NCBI GenBank assembly: GCA_030609135.1
Contig: JAUWCU010000003.1
Coordinates: forward strand, 55 to 64,054
DNA: 64,000 nt
Direction: 5' to 3'
DNA from: Candidatus Stahliibacteriota bacterium
GTDB taxonomy: Bacteria; Hydrothermota; Tepidihabitantia; SM23-42
The notes under the pieces are model-generated. The model was not told the DNA's origin. It saw only the letters and a program-made list of their open reading frames with translations, and ran no database searches. A program made the position numbers and the translations under genes. The number at the start of each line of letters is the position of its first letter. The stretch's first letter is position 1. Below, piece after piece: positions 60,111 to 64,000 of the stretch.

Positions 60111-61346
60111 TTATTTTTTTGAAAAAAACCTTCTGATTACTTTCAAATCATCGGATATATTATCTATAAACCTACTAACAGTTTTGTGAGAACTGGGATT
60201 CGCTTTATAGTCATGTATGTATTCAAAAAGGAATGCAAGGAACACATTACCAAAGATTGACAAGAAGAAAGCGAATAGAACAATTTTCATTCGTTTGGGG
60301 AAACTTCTTTTTTCAGGCGGTGAAGCGCGATCTAAAAACTGGACTGTCGGTGTATCCTTTAATTCCATTAGCTTAGCCTGTTCGTATTGTTGTGTTAATA
60401 ATTCATAAATTACTGATTGAACTTCAACGTCACGTAATAACCGAGCATATTCAAGGGAAACCTCTGGAAGCTTTGAAAAAGGTACAGCAAAACCAGCTCC
60501 AAATGCCTTTTTAATCGTATCCTGGTCTCCAAATTCGATTTTTAATAGTTGATTTTTAAATTCTTTTAATTCTTTATTTATATCGTACAAATAGGGATTA
60601 TTGAATCGCGAAGAGGAAGATAGCACTCCTTTTTTAACTTCTAGGAGAATTATCTGACTTTTTAATTCGGCGATGGTTTGAATTGCAGTTATGATTTCTT
60701 CTTCAAGAGCGATAGTGTGATGTTCTTCTTGGAAACTTCTTAGAGCTTCCTCTGTCTGTTTTAGGGTATCGATATTGCCTTTTAATCTTTGCTCAATAAA
60801 TATGCGATATTTCTTTCCAGTCGTCATCGCTGTTTCAGTATTGAATTTGTCAAGCTCTTCAATAAAGGAGTTAGCTATATCAGCGGCCAGGTATTTATTC
60901 TTGTAAGTTATACTCACCGAAATAATTCCTTCAGGACTAACAGCGATCGTGGTAATTTCATCCAATGCTTTCATTGCATCGGTCATTGTTTTGGTTTTGA
61001 ATTCCTTCATCAAATTATTCTTATGAATTACCTGACTTTTAATACGACCGCTATTTAAGATAGCGGCATATAAGTCCGACGGACTTGTTAGACCAGGTAT
61101 GCCACTTGTTAATCTTGATAGATTTGCTATACTTGATGGCATATTAGATGTAAACATTCCCAACATCATTGATTGGTCAGAAGTCGGAGGTAAGGTTGTT
61201 GCGGTGGCAGAATATTGATGTACTAATAGGAGGCTTATTATTGCAGCAGTAATTACAACTGCTATTGAATTACGATAGAAATACTTACGGTATTTCAGGA
61301 TGATTAACCAATATTCTGACGGCTTTGATTTTTTAGTAACGGTCAT
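60111..61346 (-). CDS. wzz: polysaccharide chain-length determinant (Wzz/GumC family)
   Basis: Two terminal TM helices flank a coiled-coil periplasmic region. The likely start is the internal Met (MTVTKKSKPSEYW...). The ORF-track extension to 61520 runs through a repeat. Confidence 0.6.
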   Translation of the reverse strand: MTVTKKSKPSEYWLIILKYRKYFYRNSIAVVITAAIISLLLVHQYSATATTLPPTSDQSMMLGMFTSNMPSSIANLSRLTSGIPGLTSPSDLYAAILNSGRIKSQVIHKNNLMKEFKTKTMTDAMKALDEITTIAVSPEGIISVSITYKNKYLAADIANSFIEELDKFNTETAMTTGKKYRIFIEQRLKGNIDTLKQTEEALRSFQEEHHTIALEEEIITAIQTIAELKSQIILLEVKKGVLSSSSRFNNPYLYDINKELKEFKNQLLKIEFGDQDTIKKAFGAGFAVPFSKLPEVSLEYARLLRDVEVQSVIYELLTQQYEQAKLMELKDTPTVQFLDRASPPEKRSFPKRMKIVLFAFFLSIFGNVFLAFLFEYIHDYKANPSSHKTVSRFIDNISDDLKVIRRFFSKK

Positions 61347-61420
61347 ATCTAGATAGTATAATAAAATTAGTACCGAAGTCAATACGTCAACATCACTAAT
61401 CTGGTCTTGACTTTTTTTGA

Positions 61421-61507
61421 ATAATATCTGTAGTGTTAGAATACGATATGGGATTAATATCTTTGAGGAGGATTTTTGGGCGATCAAGGATACGTTAAAC
61501 CGTCTCT
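61421..61507. repeat. direct repeat A (~85 bp, imperfect); partner at 62521-62598
   Basis: ataatatctgta..gaata...gatgggattaatatcttt(c)aaggaggatttttgggcgatcaa(g/t)gatacgtta. The core 61449-61507 and 62549-62598 are near-identical. Confidence 0.7.
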
Positions 61508-61618
61508 TGCAAGATACCAATGCATAAACAACTTTTCGTTGATCAAAAAAACCGTTTTCGGTATTGTAAATATGTATGTACTTGCGGATTTCATGGGATG
61601 AATAAAGGCGGAATATTA

Positions 61619-62038
61619 TTAGGTAGATTCTAAGTAATTTACAATTGCTTGGGCAAAGCTATTGAAATCAGCTAATTGATTCTGTAGGATATCATAAACC
61701 TGATTGGGATCAGTATAAAGATAATTATGCACTAAAATGTTTCTAAAACTAACCATACCTTTAATTTTCTTAATCAATTCTTCTGGCAACACGCCATTTT
61801 TGCCTAAAACAACAAAGATATTTTCCTGTTCATCTGGCACTAATAGATTTTGTCCAGCAATAATGTAATTAGCAATGTCAATACAGGTTTGCATAGCTAC
61901 CTGAAAATTTCTTTCAGCAATATCCTGGTAATCTTGATTATTGGTATATTCATCCTTTGATATTCGTTGAATTCTTTTCAGCCTTGATACGGCATGATCG
62001 AGTTTTTTTAATCGCACCTCAATAACCTTTTTATCCAA
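61619..62038 (-). CDS. hepT: HepT-family toxin (DUF86, RNase)
   Basis: R-x4-H-x-Y motif (FRNILVHNY). 139 aa. Overlaps the upstream MNT gene by 8 nt. Confidence 0.75.
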   Translation of the reverse strand: MDKKVIEVRLKKLDHAVSRLKRIQRISKDEYTNNQDYQDIAERNFQVAMQTCIDIANYIIAGQNLLVPDEQENIFVVLGKNGVLPEELIKKIKGMVSFRNILVHNYLYTDPNQVYDILQNQLADFNSFAQAIVNYLEST

Positions 62039-62453
62039 TGCCTACCTCTTTGATTTTTTTCTTTAAATACCTTGAATGAAACTCAAAATATTTCTTATAA
62101 TCGTAATACAATCCCATTGAATATGCTTGGAATAGCGCCCTTTTGTTTTCATCTTTCTCATAAATTAATTGTCCCTTTTCAAAAACCTGGGCCCTTAAAA
62201 GTAGATTTGCAAAGTTCAAAATTACAAGGTCAACTTTTCCTTTTAATAGCTCCATTAAATCTGTACTAAGATTCATTCGATAGAACAGTGGATTCTCTAT
62301 TTTCTTTTCATTAATCAATAGCGCGATATCAATGTCACTATCTTTTCTTTGTTTCTTTTCAACTACTGAACCAAATAAATAAGCCGAATAAATTTCAGGT
62401 TTTGTAGTAAAATATTTCCGGAGTTTTTCAGTTATTTCCAGTTGGAATTTCAT
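62031..62453 (-). CDS. mntA: MNT-family nucleotidyltransferase antitoxin
   Basis: GS-x10-D-x-D motif (LFGSVVEKKQRKDSDIDIAL). Confidence 0.75.
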   Translation of the reverse strand: MKFQLEITEKLRKYFTTKPEIYSAYLFGSVVEKKQRKDSDIDIALLINEKKIENPLFYRMNLSTDLMELLKGKVDLVILNFANLLLRAQVFEKGQLIYEKDENKRALFQAYSMGLYYDYKKYFEFHSRYLKKKIKEVGIG

Positions 62454-62520
62454 AAAGAAATTGTATTCAATTTAATAGTGAAGTCAAGGTAGAACCCACA
62501 TTCTATTTAGATTTTTTTTG

Positions 62521-62598
62521 ATAATATCTGTAATATTTGAATAAAAGATGGGATTAATATCTTTCAAGGAGGATTTTTGGGCGATCAATGATACGTTA
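62521..62598. repeat. direct repeat B (partner of 61421-61507)
   Basis: See repeat A. Confidence 0.7.
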
Positions 62599-62660
62599 TG
62601 ATTCAATTGGTTCTTTGATAGAGCGGCAATGATCATAATGGTTGGGATGATATGTTACAT

Positions 62661-62818
62661 GTAACTGTTCAATTTTCGGTGGAAACTTGTAGTTGCGACA
62701 TTTATGGCGCATATTTGTTTTAAATTTCAAGACATTTTGCACGATGAATCGTGCGACTACACCCCGCCATTTTGTAAAAGAGCGGGGTACATTAGTCCAC
62801 CAAGTTTTGAACAGTTAC
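62661..62818. mobile_element. MITE-like element, copy 2 (with a 30-bp internal hairpin insert ccccgccattttgtaaaagagcgggg)
   Basis: Same terminal inverted repeats and internal blocks as 21191-21318. Confidence 0.65.
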
Positions 62819-62876
62819 TGTTGTCTCTTGACATAGATTCCATATTCTGTATAATTTTATACAGAAGAAGGGAACT

Positions 62877-63458
62877 ATGAAGGCGATAGAAATAATCCAG
62901 AAAATCGGCAGGTTAAACTGCCGGGTTGTGAGTATCCGCGACCTCGCGAAATTGACCAATACATATAATGATAATACTCTTTATAAAATCGTAGAAAGGT
63001 TGATAAAAAACGGGATTCTCACACGAATAGCCCCTGGTTTATATATGCGAAGTGACAACACTCCGGAATCGTTCGAGATTGCAAATGTACTCTATGGACC
63101 ATCATATGTTTCCCTTGAATCGGCCCTTTATCGATACGGAGTCATTGCCCAGGCACCATACACTATTACATCGGTGACACCACGAAAAACAAAGAAGAAA
63201 ACAGTTTTTGGTCATGAATATGAATATGTACACCTGAATCCAAAATTTTTTTTTGGATATATACGTGATAAAAATATCCTCATTGCTGTTCAGGAAAAAG
63301 CATTACTTGATTTGCTATACCTCGTTTCAAAAAAGACACGAAGTATTAACTTAAATAACCTCGATTGGACCACAGTACGGAAGAACGTGTTTAATAGATA
63401 TGCACGATTATATAAATACAATCCACTGGCTCATTTGATTAAAAGGATTAGACCGTGA
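62877..63458 (+). CDS. abiEi: AbiEi-family antitoxin / transcriptional regulator (type IV toxin-antitoxin system)
   Basis: 193 aa. N-terminal winged-helix-like region. 4-nt overlap (GTGA) with the downstream nucleotidyltransferase gene. Consensus promoter TTGACA-N16-TATAAT at about 62826-62853. Confidence 0.6.
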   Translation: MKAIEIIQKIGRLNCRVVSIRDLAKLTNTYNDNTLYKIVERLIKNGILTRIAPGLYMRSDNTPESFEIANVLYGPSYVSLESALYRYGVIAQAPYTITSVTPRKTKKKTVFGHEYEYVHLNPKFFFGYIRDKNILIAVQEKALLDLLYLVSKKTRSINLNNLDWTTVRKNVFNRYARLYKYNPLAHLIKRIRP

Positions 63459-64000
63459 TTGAACGAAATGTGGTTACTGAATATGCACGCAGATTTGACA
63501 TAGATGAATACACCGTGCTCCGAGAATACCTTCAATTGATTTTCCTGCGTAATCTTTATGATATTTCCGAATGTAATCATCTGTATTTTAAAGGCGGCAC
63601 TAGTATTCATTTTTTGCTACACTCATTTCGGTTTTCAGAAAATCTGGATTTTACAGCAAGAATTAAGCAACAGAATATAGACAGAATAATTCAATTGGCA
63701 ACAAAGAAAACACGTTTGGAAGCGCCTGATCTGAAGGTAGAAACACGATCTTCTACACGATTATCATCTTCCTACCGATTGATATTTCCTACAGAACTGT
63801 CGCGCCAGCCACTTACAATTCGCGTTGAGATTTCTACCCGGGAAAAGCCTTTGACAAGACGGATAAGTGTTATTGAAACTGAATTGCCTGTTTCACCCTA
63901 TCCAATGGTTGTACACCTCGATTACGAGGAGATCCTTGCAGAGAAAATCAGAGCCATGCTTACACGTTCACAAGGACGTGATATATTTGATACATGGTTC
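63455..64000 (+). CDS. abiEii: AbiEii/AbiGii-family nucleotidyltransferase toxin (DUF1814), partial at the window end
   Basis: N-terminal region with YFKGGTSIHF (the GG-T-S/A motif of the family) and a downstream acidic block. Runs off the window. Confidence 0.6.
   Translation, partial: MIERNVVTEYARRFDIDEYTVLREYLQLIFLRNLYDISECNHLYFKGGTSIHFLLHSFRFSENLDFTARIKQQNIDRIIQLATKKTRLEAPDLKVETRSSTRLSSSYRLIFPTELSRQPLTIRVEISTREKPLTRRISVIETELPVSPYPMVVHLDYEEILAEKIRAMLTRSQGRDIFDTWF

Overview
AT-rich chromosomal segment from an uncultivated-type Gram-negative bacterium. It is probably a member of the FCB superphylum: two secreted proteins end in T9SS-type C-terminal sorting domains and there is a SusC-like TonB-dependent receptor N-terminus. 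Unlike Bacteroidetes proper, it uses near-consensus TTGACA-N16-TATAAT promoters, and several genes are leaderless.

Gene content, in window order:
- partial TonB-dependent receptor, alpha/beta-hydrolase, MFS transporter, thi4, outer-membrane beta-barrel protein;
- a long minus-strand housekeeping run: alaS, recX, recA (the E. coli recA-recX-alaS order), followed by a complete Pho regulon block (phoU-pstBAC-pstS-porin, then phoR/phoB);
- thymidine phosphorylase, a queuosine cluster (queC, queD, an unknown protein, a QueG-like FeS protein), scpB, two glycosyltransferases;
- tRNA-Glu(CUC), bactofilin, an MBL-fold hydrolase, purQ;
- a 2Fe-2S / FAD-oxidoreductase / RnfB-like polyferredoxin / ureohydrolase module;
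- M1 aminopeptidase, UDP-sugar epimerase, a methyltransferase, SBBP beta-propeller proteins;
- a large O-antigen/EPS locus with epimerase, multiple GT4 enzymes, Wzy, Wzx and Wzz;
- a small defence islet: a HepT/MNT toxin-antitoxin pair and an AbiEi/AbiEii pair.

The most striking property is an extraordinary density of small nested hairpin repeats in almost every intergenic region. There are several families: GTAG-headed REP-like hairpins, a GATAAATCCCGC palindrome, a GTCATTGCGAG...CAATCTC element, GC-rich CCCTCTCCC hairpins, and a 128-bp MITE with 12-bp terminal inverted repeats. At least two of these elements appear to be inserted in-frame inside conserved enzyme genes (pdp and the UDP-sugar epimerase), which recalls Rickettsia palindromic elements.

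Other notable features are a four-unit Pho-box array with exact 11-bp phasing, a frameshifted beta-propeller gene carrying six ~204-bp tandem repeats, a paralog pair sharing a 103-bp identical tract next to a poly-G(9) run, and a toxin-antitoxin cassette flanked by ~85-bp direct repeats.
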